Source of the DNA: Dehalococcoidia bacterium
GTDB taxonomy: Bacteria; Chloroflexota; Dehalococcoidia; Lucifugimonadales; UBA1127
Direction: 5' to 3'
Assembly (NCBI GenBank): GCA_965197715.1
Contig: OZ240224.1
Location: 878,695-910,694, forward strand
Length of the DNA stretch: 32,000 nt
Below the pieces are notes generated by a model. It worked only from the letters and a program-made list of their open reading frames with translations, did not search any database and had not been told where the DNA came from. Positions 1 through 8,018 of the stretch are shown here, in pieces. Position numbers and translations under genes: made by a program. The stretch's first letter is position 1; each line of letters starts with the position of its first letter.

Positions 1-52
1 GCTGGCCCGGCCCGACCCTGGTGAGGAAGTCGTTCTGTTCTATTGTAAGCAT
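1..52 (-). CDS. Partial CDS (first 17 codons, continues past the left edge); probable Rieske-type non-heme-iron oxygenase alpha subunit
   Basis: The reverse strand reads AAGGAGG, a 7-nt spacer, ATG (52..50), then MLTIEQNDFLTRVGPGQ. The E-x-N-x-[FL]-LTRVGPG opening is typical of ring-hydroxylating oxygenase large subunits. It is missing from the ORF track because it runs off the window. Only 17 aa are visible. Confidence 0.4.
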   Translation of the reverse strand, partial: MLTIEQNDFLTRVGPGQ

Positions 53-203
53 GTTCCCGCCTCCTTCTGCCGTACACGCGCGCCCCGGGCAACGAAAGAC
101 GCTGACGCCGCATCGGTCTGTGCCCCCGATTATTCGCCGGCGGTGGGCCGGTGTCAACCGGCGGGCGCCCGCTGCGCCTGGTGGCTTCCGCCCAGTGCCC
201 CGG

Positions 204-212
204 TGGTAGAAT
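204..212 (+). promoter_or_regulatory. Candidate extended -10 element (TGGTAGAAT) upstream of tRNA-Leu
   Basis: TG-N-TAGAAT lies 26 nt upstream of the tRNA 5' end. No convincing -35 element was found. Confidence 0.25.
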
Positions 213-237
213 GAAACCACCCCTACCCTATGCCCGT

Positions 238-323
238 GCCGGGGTGGCGAAAAGGAAGACGCGGCGGACTTAAAATCCGCTGCCCGCAAGGGCGTGTGGG
301 TTCGACCCCCTCCCCCGGCACCA
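238..323 (+). tRNA. tRNA-Leu (anticodon UAA), class II with long variable arm, CCA encoded
   Basis: 86 nt. Acceptor GCCGGGG/CCCCGGC. D region GCGAAAAGGAAGACGCG. Anticodon stem GCGGA/TCCGC with loop CTTAAAA. Variable arm TGCCCGCAAGGGCGT. T arm GTGGG-TTCGACC-CCCTC with one T-T mismatch. Discriminator A followed by CCA. Confidence 0.85.
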
Positions 324-454
324 CGCCTGCGCATCCCGCAAGGACGATGCTTCGTGGGCCCGGGCAATGGGGCCGAGGTAGAGTTGTGCCCGGCTATACT
401 AAACTGACGCGGAGAGAACGGCTGCCACACGGCGCTGAGGAATAACGAAGCAAG

Positions 455-715
455 ATGTTCTGGCTACTGCTCATAGGCGTTGTCGCGGCGCTGGCTCTGG
501 CGCAGGTCTTCTACGACATCGGGGCGCCGGCGGTTGGCATGGTCCTGCGCATTGCCGGGCTGGCCCTCCTGTTGATCATGGCGTGGCGGGCCCTGATGGC
601 GGGGCTGCTCCTGATGCGCCGCAACAACTGCCCTCGGTGCGACTATCGCCTGTTCCCAGGGTCCAACATCTGCATGTCCTGCGGGTTCGTGAAGGAGGAC
701 CAGCAGGAGTACTGA
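455..715 (+). CDS. Small hypothetical membrane protein with C-terminal zinc-ribbon (CPRC-x14-CMSC)
   Basis: 86-aa ORF with two hydrophobic helices (FWLLLIGVVAALALAQVF; VLRIAGLALLLIMAW) followed by CxxC...CxxC. The RBS is weak. No family was recognised. Confidence 0.45.
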   Translation: MFWLLLIGVVAALALAQVFYDIGAPAVGMVLRIAGLALLLIMAWRALMAGLLLMRRNNCPRCDYRLFPGSNICMSCGFVKEDQQEY

Positions 716-799
716 GGCCCCATCGCATTGAGATCGGCCCCGGCGAGGTGTCAACGGGGGTAGGATGCGCTCCGCACGTACGGGCAGCCCCCGGGACCT

Positions 800-1687
800 T
801 CACGTCGGCGGGACGGAGAGTGTCACAACGTCCAGCCAGCCTCTTGCTTCGTACGGCAGCCCGGCGGCCTCGCGCGGCGTCAAACCATCCAGGGCTGGAT
901 GCGGGCGAACGAGATTGTAGTGGACTCGCCAGCAGAATGCGGCCTGACTGATGGCTGCCTCCGAACGGACGATCCCAAGGATTCTCCGGCGCTCCCTGAG
1001 CATGCCTTGGACGCTCTTCAGCTGGATGCCCTCGATGGACCCCGCTGCCGATTGCCCCTGGGATGGGCGTATATGCCTGAGGTCCGGGCCGAAGACCTTG
1101 TCGACCGCCTCCGTCAGGGACCGGGAAGCATCGCTTACGAGGGTGAGCGGCTGCTCCGGTGCCAGGGGCGAGGCCTTGCGCAGAAAGGTCTCGGCATCGC
1201 CCTGGGTCCGGCTGCGCGAGACGTGCGTGGCGATGAGGTAGAGGCTCTTGGCGTCGATGGCGTCCCATACCCACAGGGTCCGCGGGCTTCTGGCGGAAGC
1301 GCGGTCGCGCGGAGCCCTGACGGGTGTGCGCAGGAGCAGCCAGACGGGCCCCCCGGCAGCGGGCGCGCCCATGGCCCTGTCCGCTTTGGCCGCGTATTTC
1401 ACAGCCCACGCGAAGATGCGGGAATGGGAAGGTCGGGCCCCAAAGACCATCTGAAGGTGCCGTTCAATGCTCCGAAGAGGCCAACCCTGGTAGAAGTGAT
1501 TGAGCGCTGAGGCGATGACCGGCGCCGAGTACCGCATGCCCACGGGGGCGTCGGTCGGCAGGAAGGTGCGGCCGCAGGCTTTGCAGAGCAGCCGGGGACG
1601 GCCGGCAGACGTGCGTCCGTAGCGGACCACGCTCAGGGAGCCGCATAGCTTACATGAGACCGATTCCATTGCCATCGTCTTGCTCAC
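800..1687 (-). mobile_element. DDE-superfamily transposase with N-terminal zinc ribbon (IS6/IS240-like by eye; family uncertain)
   Basis: N-terminal CKLCG...CKACG. The block LWVWDAIDAKSLYLIATHVSRSRTQGDAETFL resembles the W-x-Y-L-Y-R-A-[IV]-D core of IS6-type transposases. Candidate catalytic residues are D in PRDRAS, D in LVSDAS and E in SIEGIQ. The C-terminal HYNLVRPHPALDGLTPREA is an integrase-core signature. The start could be GTG 1687, ATG 1675 or ATG 1669. I saw no terminal inverted repeats. Confidence 0.7.
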
Positions 1688-3037
1688 TCACGCATCGACC
1701 GGGGGAGCGAAGCTGGGACCGGGCCGGGTATGGCGGCTGGTAGTGAGGCGCCAACACAGAGGTGCCAGGAATGCGACGGTTTCGATTTGACAAGATTTCG
1801 CCCCTAGTGTACCAAATGCGTGACAGCCCTCGGCGGCAGCGTCGAAAGGCTGGAATACGCAGCTTTGTACAGGCGGTTCCGGGCAGCGCGGACGCTTTGG
1901 GGCGCCCCGGGGTCCGCACGGGAGGACGGGCATGGCGAAGAATGGGTTCAAGGTGATCGACAGCGACCTGCACATCATGGAGCCGGTGGACCTGTGGGAG
2001 CGCTACATTGACGGGCCGTTCCAGGCCGCGGCGCCCCGGGGGACGGCGGCCAGCGCCTCCGACCTGAGCCTGCTCCACCCCGACGGCCGGATGTGGGGGC
2101 GCGACCCCATCCGGGCCCAGCCCACGGGTCGGCCGCAGGGGCGGAGCGCGGCGGTGAACGAGGAGCGCTTTGGGGAACACTTCCGGCGGGGGTACAGCAA
2201 CCAGGTGCAGCTGGAGGCCATGGACACGGAGGGGATAGACGTGGGGGTGATCTACCCCAGCCGGGGGCTGCACGCGCTGGGAGAGCCGGAGATGGACCCC
2301 CCGCTGGCGGCGGCGATGGCGCGGGCGTACAACAACTGGCTCTACGACTTCTGCCAGGCGGACCCGGGGCGGCTGCTGGGTGCGGGGATGGTGTCGGTGT
2401 TCGACATCGAGGACGCGGTGGCGGAGAGCCGGCGCGCGGTGGAGGAGCTGGGGTTCCGGGCGATCTTCCTGCGTCCCAACATCGTTGGGGGGCGCAACTG
2501 GTACGATGCCTACTACGAGCCGCTGTGGTCGACGCTGGAGGAGCTGGAGGTGCCGCTGGGGTTCCACGAGGCCATCTTCACCGCGCTGCCGCAGGTGGGG
2601 TCCATCTTTGGGGCGAACTCTATGCTGCGCCACACCTTCTGCCACCCGGTGGAGCAGATGCAGGCGGTGGCGGCCTTCGCGGCGGGGGGCGTCTTCGCGC
2701 GGCATCCGGGGCTGCGGGTGGCATTCCTGGAGGGGAACTGCAGCTGGCTGCCCTTCCTGCTGTGGCGGCTGGACGAGCACTGGGAGCAGAGCGGGGACGT
2801 GTGGGCGCCGGAGGTGAGCATGGCGCCCAGCGAGTACTTCAAGCGGCAGGGGTACGCGTCGGTGGAGGGGGACGAGGAGCCGGTGAAGTACGTGATCCAG
2901 GACATGGGCAACGAGAACCTGGTCTTCTCCACCGACTACCCCCACGGGGACTCCAAGTACCCCGTGGCGGTGGAGCGCTTCCTGGACCTGCCCATCACCG
3001 ACGACGACAAGCGCAAGATCCTCTGGGATAACTGCGC
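1672..3037. repeat. Left arm of a 1366-bp inverted repeat (promoter, leader and codons 1-369 of an amidohydrolase gene)
   Basis: This is the reverse complement of 14789..16154. Position p pairs with 17826-p at the outer end, the TTGACA box, the ATG and the inner end, so I saw no indels. There are 6 nt differences in the 260-nt upstream part and 6 aa differences in 369 shared codons. Confidence 0.9.
1787..1815 (+). promoter_or_regulatory. Candidate sigma70-type promoter of the arm gene (TTGACA-17 nt-TACCAA)
   Basis: Perfect -35 TTGACA at 1787..1792, a 17-nt spacer, then a weak -10 TACCAA at 1810..1815. This leaves a leader of ~115-120 nt before ATG 1932. The element is duplicated exactly in the right arm. 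Confidence 0.4.
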
Positions 3038-3074
3038 AGACCTCTATGGGGCCGCAGTGCCCGCTCTTGGCTGA
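1932..3074 (+). CDS. Amidohydrolase-2 family metal-dependent hydrolase/decarboxylase (copy A)
   Basis: 380 aa. GGGAGGA RBS 5 nt upstream. N-terminal VIDSDLHIMEP and C-terminal FSTDYPHGD are typical PF04909-type motifs. It is near-identical to 14752..15894 except for the last 11 aa. Confidence 0.9.
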   Translation: MAKNGFKVIDSDLHIMEPVDLWERYIDGPFQAAAPRGTAASASDLSLLHPDGRMWGRDPIRAQPTGRPQGRSAAVNEERFGEHFRRGYSNQVQLEAMDTEGIDVGVIYPSRGLHALGEPEMDPPLAAAMARAYNNWLYDFCQADPGRLLGAGMVSVFDIEDAVAESRRAVEELGFRAIFLRPNIVGGRNWYDAYYEPLWSTLEELEVPLGFHEAIFTALPQVGSIFGANSMLRHTFCHPVEQMQAVAAFAAGGVFARHPGLRVAFLEGNCSWLPFLLWRLDEHWEQSGDVWAPEVSMAPSEYFKRQGYASVEGDEEPVKYVIQDMGNENLVFSTDYPHGDSKYPVAVERFLDLPITDDDKRKILWDNCADLYGAAVPALG

Positions 3075-3119
3075 AGCGGATTGTCCTGAAGGTCGGGCTG
3101 GAATGCTGAGGAGGGTGTG

Positions 3120-4469
3120 ATGCCGTATCGCGCGAAGGGTCGGAAGAAGGACTTTCCCGTGTTCGACTGCGACAGCCACGTGTTTGAACCGCCGGACGTG
3201 TGGGACCAGTACATTCCAAGCAGTCAACGAGAGTTCGCCAAGACGCACCTATACGTCAACACGGACCGGGGCATGAGGGTCCTCAATGGAAGAGTCAGCT
3301 TCCAGGACCCCCGTTCCAACGGCTTTGCCGCCGAGGTGTGGAACCCCACGCTCACCAAGGAGGAGATCGGGGCGATCTCTCCGGCCTCCGATGAGTGGGA
3401 TGAGAAGATAGGTCGGAACGCCATCACCCGAGACCCCTACGCCCGCCTCAAGGACATGGACGCCTCGGGCATTGATCAGGTCATGGTGTTCCCGTCTTCA
3501 CCGATGATCACGCTGCCGCTGGTCAAGAATATCGAGGCAGCCCGGCTGTGCGCAAGGGCCTACAACGACTGGGCGAGCGACTACTGCTCGGTGAGTCCCA
3601 GGCGGCTCTTCCCGTGCGCCATCCTGCCGACTCGAAACGTGGACTTCGCCATCGAGGAGCTCCGGCGCGTGGCGAAGCTGGGGTTCAAGGCGGCCTTTGT
3701 CCGCCCCATCCTCGTCGATGACAAGTACCCCACCTTCCCCGAGTACGATCCGCTGTGGCGCGAGTTTGAGGACCTGGGCATGGCCCTGGGGATGCACCAC
3801 TTCATCGCGCCGGGCGCGATGACCCAAGGGCTGGAACGCCGCGTCGCTGAAATCCGCGGGGTTGGTTTCGGCGCAGGCTTCGCACCGGAGCCGCAACTGT
3901 ACTCGCCCGGCCAGTTTGTCCCGAACATCACCTCGGCCATGGGCTCCATCTCTCCCAGCGGTGAGGTTGTGAGCTTCCTCGCCGAGGCGATCAATTGGAC
4001 CACCATCGTCCTCATCACGGGTTGGCTGGAGAAGTTCCCCCGCCTTCGCGTGGCGGTCCTGGAGGCCAACGCCTCCTGGCTGCCCCTCATCCTGGAGAAG
4101 TGCGAGGGCTACCTGAAGCTGAATCGCTATGTCCTGGATGCGGCCAACCCGCCGGTGCAGATAGGTGACCCGTGGGAGGTCTTCAACCGGCAGTGCTACA
4201 TCGCCTTTGAGTCCGACGAGGATACGGTCTTTCGAATGTGGGACCTCTATGAGGACATTGCCCTCTGGTCCTCCGACATGCCTCACCACGACGCCGCGGA
4301 CGTGTGGGAGGCCATCGACGGTATGGCCAAGCGGGGGGTCCCCGAATCGGCGCAGGCCAAGATGCTCGGCGGGAATGCGCGAAGGCTCTACGGCATCGAG
4401 CCCGAGCTCTTCGTCACCGAGGCGCCCGACGAGTACCAGCCAACGAAGCTTCCGCGGTTTGTGAGCTAG
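3120..4469 (+). CDS. Amidohydrolase-2 family protein (long form, ~449 aa)
   Basis: FDCDSHVFEPPDVW at the N-terminus and SSDMPHHD near the C-terminus. GGAGG lies 5 nt upstream of ATG 3120; the ORF-track start, GTG 3117, sits too close to the RBS. Confidence 0.85.
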   Translation: MPYRAKGRKKDFPVFDCDSHVFEPPDVWDQYIPSSQREFAKTHLYVNTDRGMRVLNGRVSFQDPRSNGFAAEVWNPTLTKEEIGAISPASDEWDEKIGRNAITRDPYARLKDMDASGIDQVMVFPSSPMITLPLVKNIEAARLCARAYNDWASDYCSVSPRRLFPCAILPTRNVDFAIEELRRVAKLGFKAAFVRPILVDDKYPTFPEYDPLWREFEDLGMALGMHHFIAPGAMTQGLERRVAEIRGVGFGAGFAPEPQLYSPGQFVPNITSAMGSISPSGEVVSFLAEAINWTTIVLITGWLEKFPRLRVAVLEANASWLPLILEKCEGYLKLNRYVLDAANPPVQIGDPWEVFNRQCYIAFESDEDTVFRMWDLYEDIALWSSDMPHHDAADVWEAIDGMAKRGVPESAQAKMLGGNARRLYGIEPELFVTEAPDEYQPTKLPRFVS

Positions 4470-4652
4470 CGGGTTTATCGCGCGCCACTGGCGGGCACGA
4501 GCGTTCCGTCAGTCGCGCGGCGCCCATGGGTCAGAGGAGGGTCCGGCACGGCGATGGAAGGCCGTCCGGATCGTCGGCTGGGGACTCTGGCGGCGGACAT
4601 TTTGGGTTCCGTGGGCAAGCGGGACCCTGGCAGCAATCACTGGGGGTGATGC

Positions 4653-6515
4653 ATGGGTAGAGGACGGACCGGTGAAAGCAGCGGAGTAGGACTGCGGAGG
4701 GCAACACACCGCGCCAGGCTCTTGGGGGCAGGCCTCTTCGCCTTGCTCCTGTTGGGCGTGGCGTGCGCCGGTGACGCCGCGCCCCAGGTGGCCCAGGAAC
4801 CCCAGCAGCCGGCGGCGGCGGCGGCGCCCGCACCGGCGGCGGCAGCCCCGGATCCTGCCGCCGCCACCGGAGTGGCAGGATCCGCGCCAACACGCCCGGC
4901 CGCCATGCCCGCGCCGTCGGTCCCGGCAGCAACCGGTGAGCCCAAGTACGGCGGCACGCTGATCCTGGGCCATAGACAGGACCCCCCCTTGGGCTTCGAT
5001 ACCATGCGCTACTCCGGCGTCAGCACTATCCAGGTAGCGGCGAGCATCTGGGGCAACGGGCACCTGGTCAAGCCATGCCGGGAGAATATCTTCAACGTGT
5101 GCCCTGGACTGGCCGAGAGCTGGGAGCACAACGACGACTTCACGCAGTGGACCTTCAAGGTCCGGGACAACGTCCTGTGGCATGACGGCACGCGCATGGT
5201 CCCGGAGGACATCAAGTTCTGGCTGGAGCTGTTCGTGTACGGGGTGGAGGTTGGGGACAAGAAGCGCGGTCCGTCGACAGCCCGACTGGACTTCGAGCCC
5301 CTGGAGAGCGTGGAGGTGCTGCCCGGCAACCAGCTCCGCATCACCCTGAGCTCCCCAAGGCCCCAGTACCTCCAGGTGGTCTCGAGGCCGCACTACGTCG
5401 TCGCTCACCCCCGCCACCTCATGGAGTCGCGTATACGGCAGGGCGATGTGGGAATCGCTCCCCTGGACGTCGACCTCGTGGGCATGGGGCCCTTCGTGTT
5501 CGACAGGTTCGACAAGGGGAGCAGGGTCTCCGTCCGGCGCTACGACAACTACTGGGAGACGGACGAAGCCGGGAGACAGCTCCCATACATGGACGGCATC
5601 GACTTTGCGATGGTGGGGAGCCCGTCGGCCATGGACGCCGCGGTCCGTGTCGGCCGGCTGGACGGCGGCGCCCGGGGACCTGGATACCACCTGTCCTCGG
5701 AGCGGCAGCAGAGCTACAACAAGGACTTCGGCGATGACGTCTGGTACGCAGAGGTCCGGTTCTTCAACTGGTGCTGCTGGTTCAATACGCTGAAGGAAGG
5801 CCCGCTGCAGGACGTGCGTGTCCGGAAGGCTCTCTCTCTCTGGGTGGACAAGCGCGCCGCCATTCCCTCCGTCCTAGGCGGCTTTGGCTACCTCCGCACG
5901 CTCCTTGACCCCGACAACCCCTATACGAGCCCCGACTTCCTCGAGTGGCCCAGCTACAATAAGGACACGCGGGCAGCCGATCAGGCCGAGGCAAAGCGCC
6001 TCCTGGCAGAGGCGGGTTACCCGGATGGGTTCGAGCTCTACGAGAACTGCTGGCGAGTGGCCCAGTCGGCGTGCGAGTTCCTGGCAGGGCAGTTCACCAC
6101 GCTGGGCGTCAACTTCAATCTCAAGCTGGTGGACACCGGCACCCGCCAGGTAACGGCCGCAACCCTCGACAACGACATCGACAGCGCTTCCGGCTGGCAG
6201 GGAGGGTTCGCCATTCCCGAGATGATCATTCAGAACCTCGCACGGTACAGCGAGAACAAGCGGGCAGGCCCCAAGCACGAGGACCCGAGGATCGGCGAGT
6301 ATTTCGAAGAGCTGCACACCTCCGTCGACCTGCAGAAGCGGATCGAGGTCTTCCGGGAGCTGGAGCGCTACGTGATCCTGGAGCAGGTCTACAACATACC
6401 GCTGCTGGGAGAGCTGGCCGTGACGCCCTACCGGTCCTACGTGAAGGGCTACCTGCCTCCGGCCGGCGACGTGAACAACAACTATAACCACGCCAGGACG
6501 TGGCTGGACAAATAG
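4653..6515 (+). CDS. Family-5 (peptide/opine/nickel type) ABC solute-binding lipoprotein, orphan
   Basis: Signal peptide with a lipobox-like LLLGVAC, a Pro/Ala-rich linker, then SBP_bac_5-type motifs (PGLAESWEH...FTQWTFKVRDNVLWHDG). It is a paralog of 10564..12315. No permease or ATPase gene is present in the window. Confidence 0.9.
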   Translation: MGRGRTGESSGVGLRRATHRARLLGAGLFALLLLGVACAGDAAPQVAQEPQQPAAAAAPAPAAAAPDPAAATGVAGSAPTRPAAMPAPSVPAATGEPKYGGTLILGHRQDPPLGFDTMRYSGVSTIQVAASIWGNGHLVKPCRENIFNVCPGLAESWEHNDDFTQWTFKVRDNVLWHDGTRMVPEDIKFWLELFVYGVEVGDKKRGPSTARLDFEPLESVEVLPGNQLRITLSSPRPQYLQVVSRPHYVVAHPRHLMESRIRQGDVGIAPLDVDLVGMGPFVFDRFDKGSRVSVRRYDNYWETDEAGRQLPYMDGIDFAMVGSPSAMDAAVRVGRLDGGARGPGYHLSSERQQSYNKDFGDDVWYAEVRFFNWCCWFNTLKEGPLQDVRVRKALSLWVDKRAAIPSVLGGFGYLRTLLDPDNPYTSPDFLEWPSYNKDTRAADQAEAKRLLAEAGYPDGFELYENCWRVAQSACEFLAGQFTTLGVNFNLKLVDTGTRQVTAATLDNDIDSASGWQGGFAIPEMIIQNLARYSENKRAGPKHEDPRIGEYFEELHTSVDLQKRIEVFRELERYVILEQVYNIPLLGELAVTPYRSYVKGYLPPAGDVNNNYNHARTWLDK

Positions 6516-6641
6516 CCACGTCGAGCCTCACGCCGACAGCCGGGGGCCGCGCACTGGGGGCGAGCGCGACCTCGGGCTATGGCCACCCCGGAGCGTGTCC
6601 GCCACCGGGCGAGTCCCGTGGCGTGCCAAGGAGATGGCCCC

Positions 6642-6977
6642 GTGTCCGAAGAGAACAAGGAGATCGTGCGCCGCTTCTACGAGGAAGTGGAGAACCAGGG
6701 AAACCTGGGCCTCATCGACGAGCTGATCGATCCCGGCTTCCGGGACGTGTTCAACTCCAGCGCCCTGGGCCCGGCACAGGGGCAGGAGGGCATCAGACGG
6801 CTCGTCACCCACCTGCGCCAGCGCCCCGGCTTTCACATCGCCATCGAGGACCTGATCGCCGAGGGGGATAAGGTGGTCATGTGCATGCCCAGGGGGGCCG
6901 AGGTGCTGCGCCTGCGGAACGGCAAGATTGTGGAACGCTGGGTGTACATCGACCGCTCGCCCCCGCCTTCCGGCTAG
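6642..6977 (+). CDS. SnoaL-like / NTF2-fold ester-cyclase family protein (short, 111 aa)
   Basis: NKEIVRRFYEEVENQGNLGLIDELIDPGF is the classic SnoaL-like N-terminus. The start is moved to GTG 6642, which follows AAGGAG (6629..6634) by 7 nt. The ORF-track start at 6579 adds an Arg/Pro-rich leader and has no RBS. Confidence 0.65.
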   Translation: MSEENKEIVRRFYEEVENQGNLGLIDELIDPGFRDVFNSSALGPAQGQEGIRRLVTHLRQRPGFHIAIEDLIAEGDKVVMCMPRGAEVLRLRNGKIVERWVYIDRSPPPSG

Positions 6978-7039
6978 ACCGGCCGTCCGTCGCGCGGCAT
7001 TCGCTCGGGAGGGTGCGCCACCCGTCACCGGAGGAACGC

Positions 7040-7963
7040 ATGGATACCGTTGGATTTATCGGCCTCGGGAACATCGGCTCGGCCGTTGCCGCGAACATCG
7101 GAAGCGCGGGCTACCCCCTGGTGGTCCACGACATTCGAGAGGCGGCGGCGAAACCGCTGCTGGAGGCTGGCGCGCGGCTTGCAGCCTCTCCCGCAGAGGT
7201 GGCCAGCCGCAGCGACGTGGTCCTTACGTCCCTTCCAGGCCCTATTGAAGTCGAGCAGGTGGCCATTGGGCCTCAGGGAATCCAGGAAGGAATCGGGCGG
7301 GGCGCCGTGTACGTGGACCTCTCCAGCAGCCGCCCAGCCCTGATTCACCGGGTGGCCTCGGCGCTTCAGCAGCGGGGCGCGCAGGTCATCGACGCCCCGC
7401 TCATCGTCGGCAAGCGCGGCATCGCCAACCGGAGCGTCCAGGTCCTGGCAAGCGGCGACCCGGAAGCCTACAACCGCGTCAAGCCGGTCCTTGACGCCCT
7501 TTCGGATACCGTCGTGTACACGGGAAACCTGGGGACCGGGAGCATCATCAAGCTGGCCCACAACCTGGTCCGCCGCGGCGTGGGCCTGGCCGTAGGGGAA
7601 GGGATCGTCCTGGGCGCCAAGGCGGGGGTGGACCCGCAGGTCCTGTGGGACTGCATGCACTGGGGGCTGGACGTCCAGATGGCGGGACTCCGCACGTCCT
7701 TTCCGCCCCAGACGGAAGCCGCTTCCGACCGTGATGTGCCCGCGAGCTTCACGCTGGCCCTCTCCAGGAAGGACGTGGGCCTGGCGACGGAGCTGGGCCG
7801 CGAGTTGAACGTGCCAATGCCGATCGCGAACCTGGTCGAGCAGGTGATGATCGAGGGCATGAACCGCGGCTGGGGGCACAGGAGCACCGCCGCCCTGTTT
7901 GAGATCCAGGAGCAGGCTGCTCACGTGACCGCGCGGGCGCCCCGGCAGGAGAAGCAGACCTGA
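7040..7963 (+). CDS. NAD(P)-dependent beta-hydroxyacid dehydrogenase (3-hydroxyisobutyrate / 6-phosphogluconate dehydrogenase-like)
   Basis: MDTVGFIGLGNIGSAVAANI Rossmann motif and GTGSIIKLAHNL with the catalytic Lys. GGAGGA RBS upstream of ATG 7040. The ORF-track start at 6881 is an N-terminal over-extension. Confidence 0.85.
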   Translation: MDTVGFIGLGNIGSAVAANIGSAGYPLVVHDIREAAAKPLLEAGARLAASPAEVASRSDVVLTSLPGPIEVEQVAIGPQGIQEGIGRGAVYVDLSSSRPALIHRVASALQQRGAQVIDAPLIVGKRGIANRSVQVLASGDPEAYNRVKPVLDALSDTVVYTGNLGTGSIIKLAHNLVRRGVGLAVGEGIVLGAKAGVDPQVLWDCMHWGLDVQMAGLRTSFPPQTEAASDRDVPASFTLALSRKDVGLATELGRELNVPMPIANLVEQVMIEGMNRGWGHRSTAALFEIQEQAAHVTARAPRQEKQT

Positions 7964-8018
7964 CGGACGCCAGGCGGGCCCCGTTCGGAGGGGCGCGTGA
8001 CTAAAGAAGGGGGGAGCG

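Noticed and set aside
230-445. 71-aa ORF (MPVPGWRKGRRGGLKIRCPQ...)
   Set aside because: It is superimposed on a well-folding tRNA-Leu gene. It is Arg/Gly/Pro-rich, has no RBS and resembles no known family.
1650-3248. 532-aa ORF antisense to the amidohydrolase gene, and its mirror 14683..16005 on the other arm
   Set aside because: This is a typical high-GC antisense shadow ORF with an Arg/Pro/His/Val-rich low-complexity translation. The opposite strand encodes a protein with clear amidohydrolase-2 motifs and a good RBS.
4811-4826. (GGC)5 trinucleotide run as a phase-variation switch
   Set aside because: Unit changes would be in frame and would only alter the length of the Ala-rich linker. 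Nothing suggests on/off switching. It is noted under the SBP finding instead.
4509-5690. 393-aa antisense ORF over the first SBP gene. Similar shadow ORFs: 7025..8065, 8001..8984, 9464..10651, 12420..13457, 13520..14347, 21285..23069, 24020..25246, 29334..30596, 30389..31465, 31108..31974
   Set aside because: All lie opposite or out of frame to genes with recognisable family motifs. Their translations are Arg/Gly/Pro/Ala-biased with no motifs. Long antisense ORFs are expected at this GC content.
6881-7039. N-terminal extensions in the ORF track (also 21306..21629, 26549..26956, 30351..30509, 15895..15996, 12316..12369, 6579..6641)
   Set aside because: In each case an internal start with a strong GGAGG-type RBS coincides with the usual N-terminus of the family. 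The extensions are low-complexity and overlap intergenic regions or neighbouring features.
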